DNA from: a bacterium
GTDB taxonomy: Bacteria; Patescibacteriota; Saccharimonadia; Saccharimonadales; JAGQNK01
Reading direction: 5' to 3'
NCBI GenBank assembly: GCA_029557815.1
Contig: JAKQHX010000024.1
Span: 1 to 51,838, forward strand
Length of the DNA: 51,838 nt
The position numbers and the translations under genes were made by a program. The notes beneath the pieces are model-generated. The model ran no database searches. It saw nothing but the letters and a program-made list of their open reading frames with translations, and was not told where the DNA came from. Every line of letters starts with the position of its first letter. Positions within the stretch are counted from its first letter, which is position 1. Shown here in pieces: positions 29,197 through 39,306 of this stretch.

Positions 29197-29565
29197 ATGA
29201 ATAAAACAGTACTACTCGTAGACGATGACAAGCTCGTGCGCGAAAGCCTCGCGCGCGTGCTGGCAGAAAAAGGCTTGACCGTACAAGAAGCCGCTAACGG
29301 CAAAGAAGGACTAGAAAAAGCCCTCGCCGGCCAGGTGGACTTGGTCGTAACGGACGTAATTATGCCCGAGGTAGACGGCCTGACGATGCTGGCTAAGTTG
29401 CGTGAAGACTCAAAGGGCAAAGAAATTCCAGCGATTATTCTCACCAACGATGAGCAGACCGAAACGTTGAACCAAGCTATGCAGACGGGCGTCACAACGT
29501 ACTTGTCAAAAGTGAGCCTGGATGCAGAGGCGCTATCTGAGCAGATTCTTGTCGCACTTGGCTAG
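29197..29565 (+). CDS. single-domain response regulator (receiver only, CheY-like)
   Basis: 122 aa. Acidic pocket VDDD, phospho-acceptor context VVTDVIMPEVDG, conserved T (ILTND) and K (YLSKV). No output domain. Confidence 0.9.
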   Translation: MNKTVLLVDDDKLVRESLARVLAEKGLTVQEAANGKEGLEKALAGQVDLVVTDVIMPEVDGLTMLAKLREDSKGKEIPAIILTNDEQTETLNQAMQTGVTTYLSKVSLDAEALSEQILVALG

Positions 29566-29567
29566 CA

Positions 29568-30923
29568 CTAGACTTTTTTCGCGGGCAGGGAAATAAAGAA
29601 TGTTGTGCCGACGTCTTCTTTGGAATTCATCCAGAGTCGGCCCCGATGTTGTTCAATAAGCATTTTTGTAACCCATAGGCCCATGCCTGTGCCATAGGCT
29701 TGTACTTTCGAAGCGTTGGCGGCCCGATAATAGCCGCGCAATACTTTGCGCTGTTCTGTCTTTGGGATTCCGATGCCGTGGTCACGTATGCCAATGACAT
29801 GCCTGTCGCCTTCGGTATGTAGAGCTACTTCTACCTTGCTGCCGTCAGGACTGTATTTGATAGCATTCGAGATGATATTGCTGAGTGCCCGCTTGAGTGC
29901 TCCCTGGTCACCAATAGTCAGTGCTTCTTTTGGCCATTTGCCTATGTGTACAAAGGTAAGTTCTCGTTCTTCGGCGGTCAGTTCGTGAAGTTTCAGTACA
30001 TCACGCAAAACGAGTCTTAGATCGACTATCTCGCGCTGGAGTTTGCTTTCTTTGCCCCGGTCAAAAATTGAGAAATCCAGTATCTCGTTGACAGTTGCCA
30101 GTGATGACGCGACATTGTTGTATATAGCGGTCATGGTTTTTTCTTGATCCGGTTGGTGCTTGGCTTTGAGCAATGACTGGATACCCCAGAGCGTACCGGT
30201 CAGGGGAGAACGTAATTCATGCGAAGCAATGGAGACAAACTGGGTTTTGAGCTCTGTTATTTCGTGCTGCTTACGTGCTAAACGTCGGTTGTAGATAAGA
30301 ACGGCCACCGGTATGGCTGCCAGAATCAAAGGAATCGTTGCCCGGACAGCGATTTGTTCATAGTAGTCGTTTGCGGGTGTGTCAATACCGAGGACAGCAA
30401 CGATTTTGCCTGATTCATCTTTCACCGGTGCTGCGGCCGTTACCCAATTACCATAACTATCCGCTAGTGGCCCTTCAATAATTGGCTCATCATTATAGAA
30501 CGTCGAGCGTAGCAGTCCGGAGGCTTCTGGGTACGCAAGCCCCGGCGCAGAGTAGTCGGCGCTTGAATCACTTTCTGAATCAGCTAAAAAGATAACATCA
30601 TTCCTATCGTTCTTCCCAAGCAGATAGACAAAACGGGTGCCTGAGTTACCTTGTCGGACACTGACGAGGCGTCGCTTCAAACTTTGATACGTAGGGTTTG
30701 AAATGTCACTGATGCTGCCACTCAGTGCCTCAATTTCATCACCGGAAAAAGCGGCTGCGGCAGAAACCGCCCTTGATTGCATAAGGTCCTTGTTGATTTG
30801 GATAGCATTGGCGCCAGCGAGGGCCGAGCCAATGATGCCTACTGCAATCACTACAGCAGTCGCAGAGGTGAGGTATTGCATTGGCCGAGCCAGCACTTGG
30901 GGTGTGCTCGCATGGAATTTCAT
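29568..30923 (-). CDS. sensor histidine kinase with periplasmic Cache-like domain
   Basis: 451 aa. H-box ASHELRSPLTG, N-box NAIKYS, G1 DHGIGIP, G2 GTGMGLWVTK. The sensor region between two TM helices contains GNWVTAAAPV..G.IVAVLGID. TGcTATAGT lies 6 nt upstream of the ATG. Confidence 0.9.
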   Translation of the reverse strand: MKFHASTPQVLARPMQYLTSATAVVIAVGIIGSALAGANAIQINKDLMQSRAVSAAAAFSGDEIEALSGSISDISNPTYQSLKRRLVSVRQGNSGTRFVYLLGKNDRNDVIFLADSESDSSADYSAPGLAYPEASGLLRSTFYNDEPIIEGPLADSYGNWVTAAAPVKDESGKIVAVLGIDTPANDYYEQIAVRATIPLILAAIPVAVLIYNRRLARKQHEITELKTQFVSIASHELRSPLTGTLWGIQSLLKAKHQPDQEKTMTAIYNNVASSLATVNEILDFSIFDRGKESKLQREIVDLRLVLRDVLKLHELTAEERELTFVHIGKWPKEALTIGDQGALKRALSNIISNAIKYSPDGSKVEVALHTEGDRHVIGIRDHGIGIPKTEQRKVLRGYYRAANASKVQAYGTGMGLWVTKMLIEQHRGRLWMNSKEDVGTTFFISLPAKKV

Positions 30924-30950
30924 ATCTAAACTATAGCACGATGTTTATTC

Positions 30951-32249
30951 TTAGGTTCGGGAGAATTCTTTTCTCACCCATTCGTCGAGGCTGTCGCCCC
31001 CGCCGCCAGCCATGCAGACAACCATATCACCATCATCCAGATGCTTTTGGATAGATTTTTTCAATCCCGTATTTCGTTCAGCAGCGATGGCAAATGATCG
31101 GTCTGGCAGATGAGAGATGAGCTCCTCTGGCGGTATGATACGTTGTGTGGGGTCTTCGCGGGCAAGGTAGCTGGGGATCCAGTACAACCTGTTTGTACCG
31201 GCAAAACAGTCGCCGTAATCGTCCAACATATAGTGTTGCCGACGATTGGTAAGCGGTTCGTAAACAACGACTAGATTTTGGTTTTTCTCCTCAGCTACCT
31301 CCAGCGCAACACTCATAGCACCCCGGATTTTTTCGGGCGTATGGGCATAGTCGCTGTAGAGGTTCGGGATGATTTGCTCCATGCGTCTCTGGAGTCCAGG
31401 AAACCCGTTCATATGGACAGTTAACGTGTTAACTGTTTCGTGAGTGATACGACGTACTGCCTGTATGGCAAGCCAGGCATCCAGTCGGTTGTAAAGACCG
31501 GCGAGTGTAATATCGGTTATTGCCTCGTCGGCCGAATCCTGGATGGATAGCTGCGGGGTTACTGCGAGATGTAAGTACTCAGCGTCTTCTTGCCAGATGA
31601 TTGTGTGATCGCTCTGGCTGATAAATTCTTGAAATGCCTGCTGATAGTCTTCACGGGTAGGAAAGATTTCATGATGATCCCATGTGACGCCAGTGATGAG
31701 GCTTAAGGCAGGTTCAAATGCCAGAAAGTTGCGGTCGAACTCGTCGCACTCATAGACAAAGTACTCAGAACCTTCCACATACTGGCCCATGTCACCAAAA
31801 GGAATCTTGGCTCCGACGGAATAGCTGATAGGCACACCAAGCTGCTTGAAAAGCCAGACGACCATAGTGGTGGTGGTGGTTTTGCCGTGCGTGCCGGCAA
31901 TAGCGATCATCTTGAGTTTCTTATCAGTGATAATCTGATTCAGCAGCTCGTCGCGTTTACTCGTTTTAATACCCTGTTCCCGACAAAAAGCAAGTTCCGG
32001 TGCATGTGGATTTTCGAGCGGCAAAGCAGAGGTGTAAACAAACCAGTCGATTGGCTTTTCGTTGTGTACCGTATCGATTTGCTCGTGTGTCTGGCCGATA
32101 TGAATGTTAGTCAGGCCTTGTTTTCTCAAATACTGAATATACTGCGAATCCTGTTTGTCAGACCCGGACACGGTATAGCCGGCCTGTTTGGCAATGAGCG
32201 CCAATGGCCCGATAGCTGTCCCGCCTATCCCAGAGAAGAATATATGCAT
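30951..32249 (-). CDS. Mur ligase family enzyme (MurC / Mpl-like UDP-N-acetylmuramate ligase)
   Basis: 432 aa. N-terminal Rossmann HIFFSGIGGTAIGPLALIAKQAGYTVSGSD and P-loop IAGTHGKTTTTTM. MurC versus Mpl cannot be resolved by eye. Confidence 0.75.
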   Translation of the reverse strand: MHIFFSGIGGTAIGPLALIAKQAGYTVSGSDKQDSQYIQYLRKQGLTNIHIGQTHEQIDTVHNEKPIDWFVYTSALPLENPHAPELAFCREQGIKTSKRDELLNQIITDKKLKMIAIAGTHGKTTTTTMVVWLFKQLGVPISYSVGAKIPFGDMGQYVEGSEYFVYECDEFDRNFLAFEPALSLITGVTWDHHEIFPTREDYQQAFQEFISQSDHTIIWQEDAEYLHLAVTPQLSIQDSADEAITDITLAGLYNRLDAWLAIQAVRRITHETVNTLTVHMNGFPGLQRRMEQIIPNLYSDYAHTPEKIRGAMSVALEVAEEKNQNLVVVYEPLTNRRQHYMLDDYGDCFAGTNRLYWIPSYLAREDPTQRIIPPEELISHLPDRSFAIAAERNTGLKKSIQKHLDDGDMVVCMAGGGGDSLDEWVRKEFSRT

Positions 32250-32305
32250 AGCTAAAAGTCTAAAGTTATTTAGCTCTAATGTCTACCAAGGTATACTAAG
32301 CACAG

Positions 32306-32920
32306 ATGCATAAGCGAAAACTCCATCATCTGCTCGTCGTGCTCCGGCCGATAAGTTATTGGTACTTTGTAATCATCTTTATTTTGGGCGCATCTGCAGC
32401 GGCCTTTGCATTGCGACAGAACAACCTGCGGGCAATCCAGCTGCGGGACAAGGTGCTACAGGTAGACAAAGAAAACGGTGATACCGAAGCAGCCCTCCAA
32501 GAGCTGCGTCAGTATACCTATTCCCATATGAATACGAGTCTGGCGAGCGACACAGGTATCTACCCGCCAATCCAGCTCAAGTACACATACGACAGGCTGG
32601 TTGCAGCCGAAAGGGCACGGGTGGAGGTTGACAACCGGGATATCTATAATGCCGCACAGGAATACTGTGAAGCAAACTTTCCACAGGGACTCTCGGGCGG
32701 TAACCGATTGCCCTGCATAGAGCAGTACATTGACGAAAACGGCCGTCCTGAAGCCCAGCCCCGACCCATTCCCGATGATTTGTACAAGTTCGATTTTGCG
32801 GCACCTGCCTGGTCGCCGGATTTGGCTGGGTGGTCGTTGGTGATAGCCGCTCTGGCCTTACTGCTCCTGGCGACCCGAGTCGTTGCCCAGCTGTGGCTCA
32901 GGCACCAGCTTGATGACTAA
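32306..32920 (+). CDS. hypothetical membrane protein (N- and C-terminal TM helices)
   Basis: 204 aa. TM helices YWYFVIIFILGASAAAFAL and WSLVIAALALLLLATRVVA. TATACT lies 8 nt upstream of the ATG. Confidence 0.5.
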   Translation: MHKRKLHHLLVVLRPISYWYFVIIFILGASAAAFALRQNNLRAIQLRDKVLQVDKENGDTEAALQELRQYTYSHMNTSLASDTGIYPPIQLKYTYDRLVAAERARVEVDNRDIYNAAQEYCEANFPQGLSGGNRLPCIEQYIDENGRPEAQPRPIPDDLYKFDFAAPAWSPDLAGWSLVIAALALLLLATRVVAQLWLRHQLDD

Positions 32921-32956
32921 TCTTTCAAAGACCTCATATTTTGATAAGATGGGTCA

Positions 32957-33442
32957 ATGAGCAAGGATAGTACCGCGGTCAAGAATATGCGTACGGTGAT
33001 AAATCAGCTAGCGAATATGCAGGGCGTCAAGTTTGAAAATACGTCGGATGGCGTATCATTGCAATCCTCTACTTTTAATTTGGAGGTTATAATAGAAGAA
33101 AATAGGTTGGGGATGTATCTTACGGTACTCGATACCAAGGGCAGGTATCTCATCGATCATTATTACGATACGCAGTATACCGACATGACTGAACTTAATA
33201 GAGTACAAATTCTTGCCGACCATGCTGATTCCATCAGTGCAAATATTAAGGCGATAGCCAATAATCAAGTTATGGTAGGTCGCCACAAGGGTAGGACTGC
33301 CATGATATTGCCATTCCAGACAGGATATATACGCGTTTGGGCTGGAGTCATTGTGCAGAGATCAAAGGAGTTCGAATCACTGGATGAAGCAATGAAAGAC
33401 GGACAGTACGAGCCCCTTAAGTGGAAGTGCTCAACCACCTGA
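32957..33442 (+). CDS. hypothetical cytoplasmic protein
   Basis: 161 aa with no recognisable motif. TAAGAT lies 6 nt upstream of the ATG. Confidence 0.45.
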   Translation: MSKDSTAVKNMRTVINQLANMQGVKFENTSDGVSLQSSTFNLEVIIEENRLGMYLTVLDTKGRYLIDHYYDTQYTDMTELNRVQILADHADSISANIKAIANNQVMVGRHKGRTAMILPFQTGYIRVWAGVIVQRSKEFESLDEAMKDGQYEPLKWKCSTT

Positions 33443-33483
33443 GCTTGGGTTAGGCAGGTGTTGCGTTAGCACCAAAGCGTATT

Positions 33484-34167
33484 TTACTGTGCTGTTTGAG
33501 GGGTAGTTGGCTGATTTTGCTGGCTTGACTCTTGCTGTTGGCTTTCTGTGTCCTGTTGCTTATCAGTGTCTGTCGGTGTGGTCTGCTGAGTGGTGGCCTC
33601 ACAGTTCTGTTGGCCATTAGGGTTGGCTTGTTTGTATGACTCGACTGCTTTGGCTACTTTACCATCTGCCTTGAGGTTTTCCCAGAAGACGACCTGGTCA
33701 CGGTTAATAAGCATTTGGTCCTGTGGTCCGTGTAGTTCACAACCCAGTTTTACGAGTGAAATATCCTGTGCCGACTGTTCGCCTTGCTTGGGTTGGACTT
33801 GTTGGTTTACGCGAAGGTAGTAAATATCCGTAACACCGACATACTTGTTGTTGAGCTCACGGATTTTACCAAAATACACTTGTCCGCCGTTGAGGAATAT
33901 GGCTTGCATTTTATCAGTTGCCACATACCGGCTCTCGTCTTTCTGCCGGTAATTCATAATGAAGCCGATGACAGCTACTGCCAAAAGCGTAATAGAAAAT
34001 AGCAGTATGACAGACGTGATGGTGTGAAAAGAAGACGACCTGCGTTTCGTCCTTTTTTCGTTACTTGAAGGAGTCTGTTGCGAGTGTCCTCCGGTCATGC
34101 CGTTCGTAGGTGATACGGTTTGGCCGGTATTACCCATTGGCTTGCCGGGGCGATTCATCCATTCCAT
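33484..34167 (-). CDS. hypothetical membrane-anchored protein with Gln-rich tail
   Basis: 227 aa. TM helix ITSVILLFSITLLAVAVIGFI and a C-terminal Q/T-rich low-complexity tail. AGGTGG lies 10 nt upstream. Confidence 0.55.
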   Translation of the reverse strand: MEWMNRPGKPMGNTGQTVSPTNGMTGGHSQQTPSSNEKRTKRRSSSFHTITSVILLFSITLLAVAVIGFIMNYRQKDESRYVATDKMQAIFLNGGQVYFGKIRELNNKYVGVTDIYYLRVNQQVQPKQGEQSAQDISLVKLGCELHGPQDQMLINRDQVVFWENLKADGKVAKAVESYKQANPNGQQNCEATTQQTTPTDTDKQQDTESQQQESSQQNQPTTPQTAQ

Positions 34168-34313
34168 AAGTTGTTTTCCACCTTTGTTGTTAGAAGTTCC
34201 ATTAGTTACAAAGGGTAGTGTAATGCATAAGCAGGTTGCCTTGCAACACCTTTAGAAACGGCTATAACAGAGGAAGTTGACAGCTTTCAAGAGGTAATTT
34301 GTACATAAAGCCA

Positions 34314-34343
34314 TTGACAAGCTAAATCTCCCCAGAGTATGTT
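34314..34343 (+). promoter_or_regulatory. sigma70-like promoter (TTGACA-18 nt-TATGTT)
   Basis: TTGACA at 34314-34319 and TATGTT at 34338-34343, upstream of the small ORF at 34387. Confidence 0.4.
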
Positions 34344-34386
34344 AGGGGTACCATTACTAATTACAAGAGAGGGAGATTTGCAAGCT

Positions 34387-34581
34387 ATGGCTTACAAGCA
34401 CACAAACTCTAAGGGTGTAACTTATTACTTGAATTCAAAGGCGGTCACACTTCGCGGTGGCAAAGAGCAGACCATCTACTACTTCAGTAAGGATCAGCGT
34501 CCAGAGGCAACTGACCTGCCAGACGGCTACACAGTAAACGAAAATCCACGCAACGGCTTTTTGACCGTAAAGCGCAAATAG
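34387..34581 (+). CDS. small conserved-looking hypothetical protein
   Basis: 64 aa: MAYKHTNSKGVTYYLNSK...IYYFSKD. GGGAG lies upstream of ATG 34387 and a strong terminator follows. Confidence 0.5.
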   Translation: MAYKHTNSKGVTYYLNSKAVTLRGGKEQTIYYFSKDQRPEATDLPDGYTVNENPRNGFLTVKRK

Positions 34582-34612
34582 TTCGTTTTTTTGGAAATAA
34601 AACAAAACTCCG

Positions 34613-34645
34613 AAAACACCTCGTTTACGCGGGGTGTTTTTATTG
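34613..34645 (+). terminator. intrinsic terminator
   Basis: Stem AAAACACCTCG/CGGGGTGTTTT (one G-U pair), loop TTTACG, followed by TTATTG. Confidence 0.65.
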
Positions 34646-34678
34646 CGCTCAGGCGGCTACCTCTATAGACTAGAGAGC

Positions 34679-35437
34679 ATGGCAAAAACTATCCTTGAAG
34701 TAAAAGACCTCACGAAAAAGTATGGCCGCAAAAAGGTCGTTGATAGCATTAGCTTCGATGTCAAAGAAGGCGAAATCTTCGGCATCCTCGGCCCCAATGG
34801 GGCGGGTAAGACCACGACGCTTGAGATGCTCGAAGCCCTGCGGCCGATTGATGCCGGCACCGCAACACTTGCTGGGTTCGATGTACAGAGTAGCCCGAAT
34901 CAGATCAAGGCTCTCATCGGTGTGCAGCCACAGACGCCTTCGTTCGAAGAAAAAACCAGGCTTACCGAACTTATAGAGTTTTTTGCAGCTACGTACGGCG
35001 AGACGGTTGATGCCAAAAAATTCCTGAAGAGCGTGCAGTTGGAGGAAAAGGCAAACAGCTACCCCGAGCAGCTGTCCGGCGGACAACGCCAACGCTTCAG
35101 TATCGCCGCGGCGCTCGTACATGGGCCGAAACTATTTTTTCTCGATGAGCCGACAACCGGCTTGGATCCGCAAGCCCGCCGAAACTTGTGGGACCTCGTA
35201 CGCAAAGTCCGTGATAGCGGCGTAACAGTCGTCATGACGACACACTATATGGAAGAGGCGGAACTGCTTTGTGACCGCGTGGCTATCATGGACAACGGAA
35301 AGATTATTGCGCTGGACACGCCCAAGAGTCTCATCAAAGCTTTGCTCAAAAAGGGTTTCAAAAAAGCCCAGCATGTCGAGCAGGCCAACCTGGAAGACGT
35401 GTTCATCGACCTAACAGGAAAGGCACTCCGGGATTAG
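34679..35437 (+). CDS. ABC transporter ATP-binding protein (ABC-2 exporter type)
   Basis: Walker A GPNGAGKTT, signature LSGGQRQR, Walker B LFFLDEPTTGLD. Start trimmed to MAKTILEVKDL. Confidence 0.9.
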   Translation: MAKTILEVKDLTKKYGRKKVVDSISFDVKEGEIFGILGPNGAGKTTTLEMLEALRPIDAGTATLAGFDVQSSPNQIKALIGVQPQTPSFEEKTRLTELIEFFAATYGETVDAKKFLKSVQLEEKANSYPEQLSGGQRQRFSIAAALVHGPKLFFLDEPTTGLDPQARRNLWDLVRKVRDSGVTVVMTTHYMEEAELLCDRVAIMDNGKIIALDTPKSLIKALLKKGFKKAQHVEQANLEDVFIDLTGKALRD

Positions 35438-35438
35438 C

Positions 35439-36545
35439 ATGAAAAAACAATTACTGCCAATCGTAACGTTCATAAAAATTGATGTCCGGCGTCTGTTCCG
35501 CGACAAAGTAGCGATTTTCTTTACCTTTGCATTCCCGCTTATATTTCTGCTGATCTTCGGCACAATTTTTCGGGGTGGGGGTGACGTGTCATTCCGGGTA
35601 GCCTTCATTAACAACTCCCAGTCAGAATTTGCCCGTCGGTTTGTTGACGAGTCAAAACAGAACTCCGTATTCAAAATTGACGATGAAGTTACAACCATGG
35701 ATCAGGCCCGGGAGAAAATGAATCGTGGCCAGCTTGACGCGACGATTATACTGCCGGAAAACTTTGGTGAGGTGAAAGACGCCGCATACCCAACCGGTCA
35801 AGCGCAAGTACTCTATGACCAGAGCAATGAGCAGGCTGGCCGGACGCTTGGTTCGGTTATGGAAAGCATCTTTACAAAAATAAACGGCCAGTTTGTAAAG
35901 CAGGTGACACCGTTTACCGTCAAGACTGAATCCACCGCCACCAAGGGGCTAACACAATTTGATTACACCTTCTCCGGGCTGCTTGGTTTTACGCTCCTCT
36001 CACTTGGAGTGTTCGGACCAACATCGGTCTATCCAAGGCTCAAGCAGCGAGGCGTGCTACGCCGTTACCAAACAACTACGCTGAAGGTCTGGCAGTATTT
36101 CACCGCGAATGTATTGTCGAACATGGTGGTTGGTATTCTGTCGGTCGCTACGATGTTTGCGGTGGCACTGACGATCTTTGACCTCAACATGCGGGGTAGC
36201 TACCTTGATCTGCTGGTTGTCATACTGGTCGGAGCGACACTTATGTTCGGTATCGGTCTTGCGATTGGCGGCTGGGCAAAGAATGAGAACCAAGCGGCAC
36301 CGCTCGCACAGCTTGTGGCCATGCCGATGATGTTCCTGTCCGGCGTGTTCTTCCCGACCTTCCTGATGCCGGAATGGCTGCAGGCAGTCACGCGCTTCAT
36401 TCCGCTGACCCCAATCGTTGAAAGCGTTCGTTTTGTGGTGACGGAAGGCAAATCCGTATTCGACCTCGGGCCACAGTTCGCATTGATGTTCGGGTGGCTC
36501 GTAATCATATATATCATAGCGTTTCGGGTTTTTCGCTGGGAATAG
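35439..36545 (+). CDS. ABC-2 type transporter permease
   Basis: 368 aa. An N-terminal TM helix, a large extracytoplasmic loop, then five C-terminal TM helices. Starts 1 nt after the ATPase stop. Confidence 0.85.
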   Translation: MKKQLLPIVTFIKIDVRRLFRDKVAIFFTFAFPLIFLLIFGTIFRGGGDVSFRVAFINNSQSEFARRFVDESKQNSVFKIDDEVTTMDQAREKMNRGQLDATIILPENFGEVKDAAYPTGQAQVLYDQSNEQAGRTLGSVMESIFTKINGQFVKQVTPFTVKTESTATKGLTQFDYTFSGLLGFTLLSLGVFGPTSVYPRLKQRGVLRRYQTTTLKVWQYFTANVLSNMVVGILSVATMFAVALTIFDLNMRGSYLDLLVVILVGATLMFGIGLAIGGWAKNENQAAPLAQLVAMPMMFLSGVFFPTFLMPEWLQAVTRFIPLTPIVESVRFVVTEGKSVFDLGPQFALMFGWLVIIYIIAFRVFRWE

Positions 36546-36601
36546 GCCCTTTCCACATCAGCAGGCCTGATACGACGTCCAAAGACTGGTATGATTTCAC
36601 T

Positions 36602-37216
36602 ATGACAGGTAAAAACTTACAGACTATTGCTTGGGGCTTGAGTACCCTTGTTGCTGTGGTGGCTATCGGAGCGTGGGGAGATTTTATCAATTGGCGGTTT
36701 GATAAGCTGAACCTCTATATCATCTTTCCGTTGCTCGGTATGCTGGCTTTCAGTCTCATGTGGGTCCATTACATTATCGGTGCACTCAGGCGGCGTTATG
36801 TCGTAGCAAAAGAGCAGCTGCAATTGTACTTTGATATGACATCTGCGCTGGTGCTGTCATTAATCTTGCTTCACCCGGGTCTGCTCGTTTGGCAGTTATG
36901 GCAGGATGGCATGGGCCTGCCACCGAATAGCTACAAAGCCTACGTTGGCCAGACATTGTATGGGTTTGTGCTGCTTGGTGTCATCGCGTTGGTTATCTTC
37001 ATATCGTATGAGTTCCGACGGATTGAGCGACTGAAACGATACGGCACATGGTTACAGTATGCCAGCGACGTGGCGATGCTACTGATATTTGTCCACGGCC
37101 TGAAGCTCGGGGGTACCCTGCAGTCAACATGGTTCAAATGGATATGGTTATTCTATGGCGTGACCCTACTCCTGGCAGTCGGTTATTCTCGCTGGCCGAA
37201 ACCCACTGAGACCTGA
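36602..37216 (+). CDS. hypothetical polytopic membrane protein with intramembrane histidines
   Basis: Start trimmed to MTGKNLQ (TATGAT 6 nt upstream). Five or six TM helices carry His residues inside them (WVHYIIG, LLHPGL, FVHGLK), a possible heme-b-binding (YedZ/ferric-reductase-like) fold. Unverified. Confidence 0.55.
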   Translation: MTGKNLQTIAWGLSTLVAVVAIGAWGDFINWRFDKLNLYIIFPLLGMLAFSLMWVHYIIGALRRRYVVAKEQLQLYFDMTSALVLSLILLHPGLLVWQLWQDGMGLPPNSYKAYVGQTLYGFVLLGVIALVIFISYEFRRIERLKRYGTWLQYASDVAMLLIFVHGLKLGGTLQSTWFKWIWLFYGVTLLLAVGYSRWPKPTET

Positions 37217-37258
37217 GGGTATATTGCAAAACTTTCATATCTGTGATATAATATACAT

Positions 37259-37588
37259 ATGGGTGAATGCAGCCAACCTAGCTTGTTTGATCAAACGGAA
37301 GGCAGAGAGGGGCATCAGCAAGCTGTGCCCCTGGATCCTTCGACTATATCCTCTCGTTCGTACGAGCACACAAGACACCTGTCCCAGGCTGCCCTGGATC
37401 AGGGCTGGGGTTGGCAGCCGGCAGTGGTATCTGAGACAGCTATGACGGCTGCTGTAGGAGATGGCATCGTATCTGCTGAGCCACTAGAGCAATCCGTAGA
37501 CTGGCAGCCTCCAACCGAAGAACAAAAGCAGCGTATTCGTGCTCTCATCGCGACGACAAGAGAAGGCTTGCGCAGGAAGCAACTATAG
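37259..37588 (+). CDS. hypothetical protein (weak call)
   Basis: 109-aa ORF with TATAAT 6 nt upstream of the ATG. No recognisable motif and low-complexity composition. Confidence 0.3.
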   Translation: MGECSQPSLFDQTEGREGHQQAVPLDPSTISSRSYEHTRHLSQAALDQGWGWQPAVVSETAMTAAVGDGIVSAEPLEQSVDWQPPTEEQKQRIRALIATTREGLRRKQL

Positions 37589-37610
37589 GCTGTATACTAT
37601 AAATCGTTTT

Positions 37611-38570
37611 ATGAATATTTGGGATGAATTACCAGAGCCATTCTTCGTTTTGGCGCCAATGGACGATGTGACAGATACGGTCTTTCGCCAAGTGATCGCC
37701 GACTGTGCGCCACCGGATCTGTTTTTTACTGAGTTCGTGAACGTTGATGCCCTGCAGAGCCAGGGTAGGGAGGCCACATTGAAGCGCCTGCGATTTACTA
37801 AAAAAGAGCGGCCTATCATCGCTCAGGTGTGGGGACTAAGGCCAGAGAATTTCCGTAAATCGGCCGCTGACATTGCCGAAATGGGCTACGATGGTCTCGA
37901 CCTTAACTTCGGCTGTCCGGATAAGAATGTGGTACGTAACGGTGCCTGTTCGGCTCTTATCAAGAGAGAGAACTGGGACAGGGCACTGGAAATTATCCAG
38001 GCGTGCAGGGAAGGGGCGCCTTCCCTCCCCTTGTCTGTCAAGACCCGGCTAGGTTTCGGTGAAGTTGATTTATCGTGGCACGAACTCTTGCTCAAGCAAA
38101 CACTTAACGCGTTAACTATTCATGGACGAACGCGTAAACAAATGAGTAAAGTGCCTGCGGATTGGGACGCGATAGGCCGGATTGCCGAACTCCGCACTTC
38201 CCTGGCCCCCGAGACAAAAATCATTGGTAACGGCGATGTATTGACCAAGCGGCAAGGAATTGAGCTGGCCCGACAGTACAAGCTTGACGGCATCATGGTC
38301 GGCCGCGGAATTTTCCAAGATCCGTTTATATTTGCCGGTCTGCAGACTGGCGGCAGTCCGTGGGCAATGTACACCAGGCAACAAAAGATGGAGCTATATG
38401 CTAAGCATGTTAAGCTTTTTGCCGAGACATGGGCTGAAGGCGAACGCAAAATCCATACGCTCAACAAATTTTGCAAAATCTATATACATGGCTTTGACGG
38501 CGCTAAGGAGCTCCGTGAGAAGCTCATGTCTGCCGATTCTACCGATGAGCTTTTAGGACTGCTGGTGTAG
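37611..38570 (+). CDS. dus: tRNA-dihydrouridine synthase
   Basis: LAPMDDVTDTVFRQV, DLNFGCP and IHGRTR motifs of the Dus TIM barrel. Start trimmed to MNIWDEL. Confidence 0.9.
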   Translation: MNIWDELPEPFFVLAPMDDVTDTVFRQVIADCAPPDLFFTEFVNVDALQSQGREATLKRLRFTKKERPIIAQVWGLRPENFRKSAADIAEMGYDGLDLNFGCPDKNVVRNGACSALIKRENWDRALEIIQACREGAPSLPLSVKTRLGFGEVDLSWHELLLKQTLNALTIHGRTRKQMSKVPADWDAIGRIAELRTSLAPETKIIGNGDVLTKRQGIELARQYKLDGIMVGRGIFQDPFIFAGLQTGGSPWAMYTRQQKMELYAKHVKLFAETWAEGERKIHTLNKFCKIYIHGFDGAKELREKLMSADSTDELLGLLV

Positions 38571-38580
38571 AATACTGTAT

Positions 38581-39147
38581 ATGAAGTACGATGACGACAT
38601 GGAGCATATTTATCTGGAAGACGAGGCTTCGCCTCCAGTCAAATCCCATGGCCATCATATGACACCAGCGGTAGAGAGCCGTGAAGAGTATAAGAAGCTT
38701 GGATATGTCCTAGTCGGCATTTTGATAGTTTCTTCTCTGCTAACGTTCATTCGAGGCATGGCGCTCGATCGGTTCTTGGCGGATTTCATGGCCGTGTTTT
38801 TCATCACGTTTGCAGCGTTTAAGTTCGTTGATATCGAGGGTTTCGCTCATGCGTACCGGAACTATGACGTTATTGCCAAGCGTATCCGTCCATGGGCCTA
38901 TGCCTTTCCTTTTATCGAGGCATTCATGGGTTTTTGGTACCTGTTGTCTGAAGGCCCGGTCAGTTTAAACGTATTGGCAATGATTATCACCGGTACTGCT
39001 TCCATCGGAGTGTTCCGTGAAGTGAAACGCAAGTCGCGCTTTCACTGTGCCTGTCTCGGTACGTTCATTCGGTTGCCGCTCTCGAGAGTTAGCCTGATCG
39101 AAAACATGACGATGTTTGTTATGGCGTTTGCTATGCTGTTCATCTAA
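38581..39147 (+). CDS. MauE/DoxX-family membrane protein
   Basis: 188 aa with four TM helices. The FHCACLGTFIRLPLS motif (CxC-x-G) is typical of MauE-like proteins. TAGAAT lies 7 nt upstream of the ATG. Confidence 0.65.
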   Translation: MKYDDDMEHIYLEDEASPPVKSHGHHMTPAVESREEYKKLGYVLVGILIVSSLLTFIRGMALDRFLADFMAVFFITFAAFKFVDIEGFAHAYRNYDVIAKRIRPWAYAFPFIEAFMGFWYLLSEGPVSLNVLAMIITGTASIGVFREVKRKSRFHCACLGTFIRLPLSRVSLIENMTMFVMAFAMLFI

Positions 39148-39306
39148 AACGTAGTTATTCTTACAATTACTATAGAGACTGAATTATCCCCCTTGTAGTT
39201 TGTTAGATATTTCATAGCCTAAGGTATGGCCCAGGCTTATGATGAGCGTGGCTCAAAACGAAGAGGCTTATAGTAGAAGCTTCGATTTGGTCAATCGGGA
39301 GGGTTT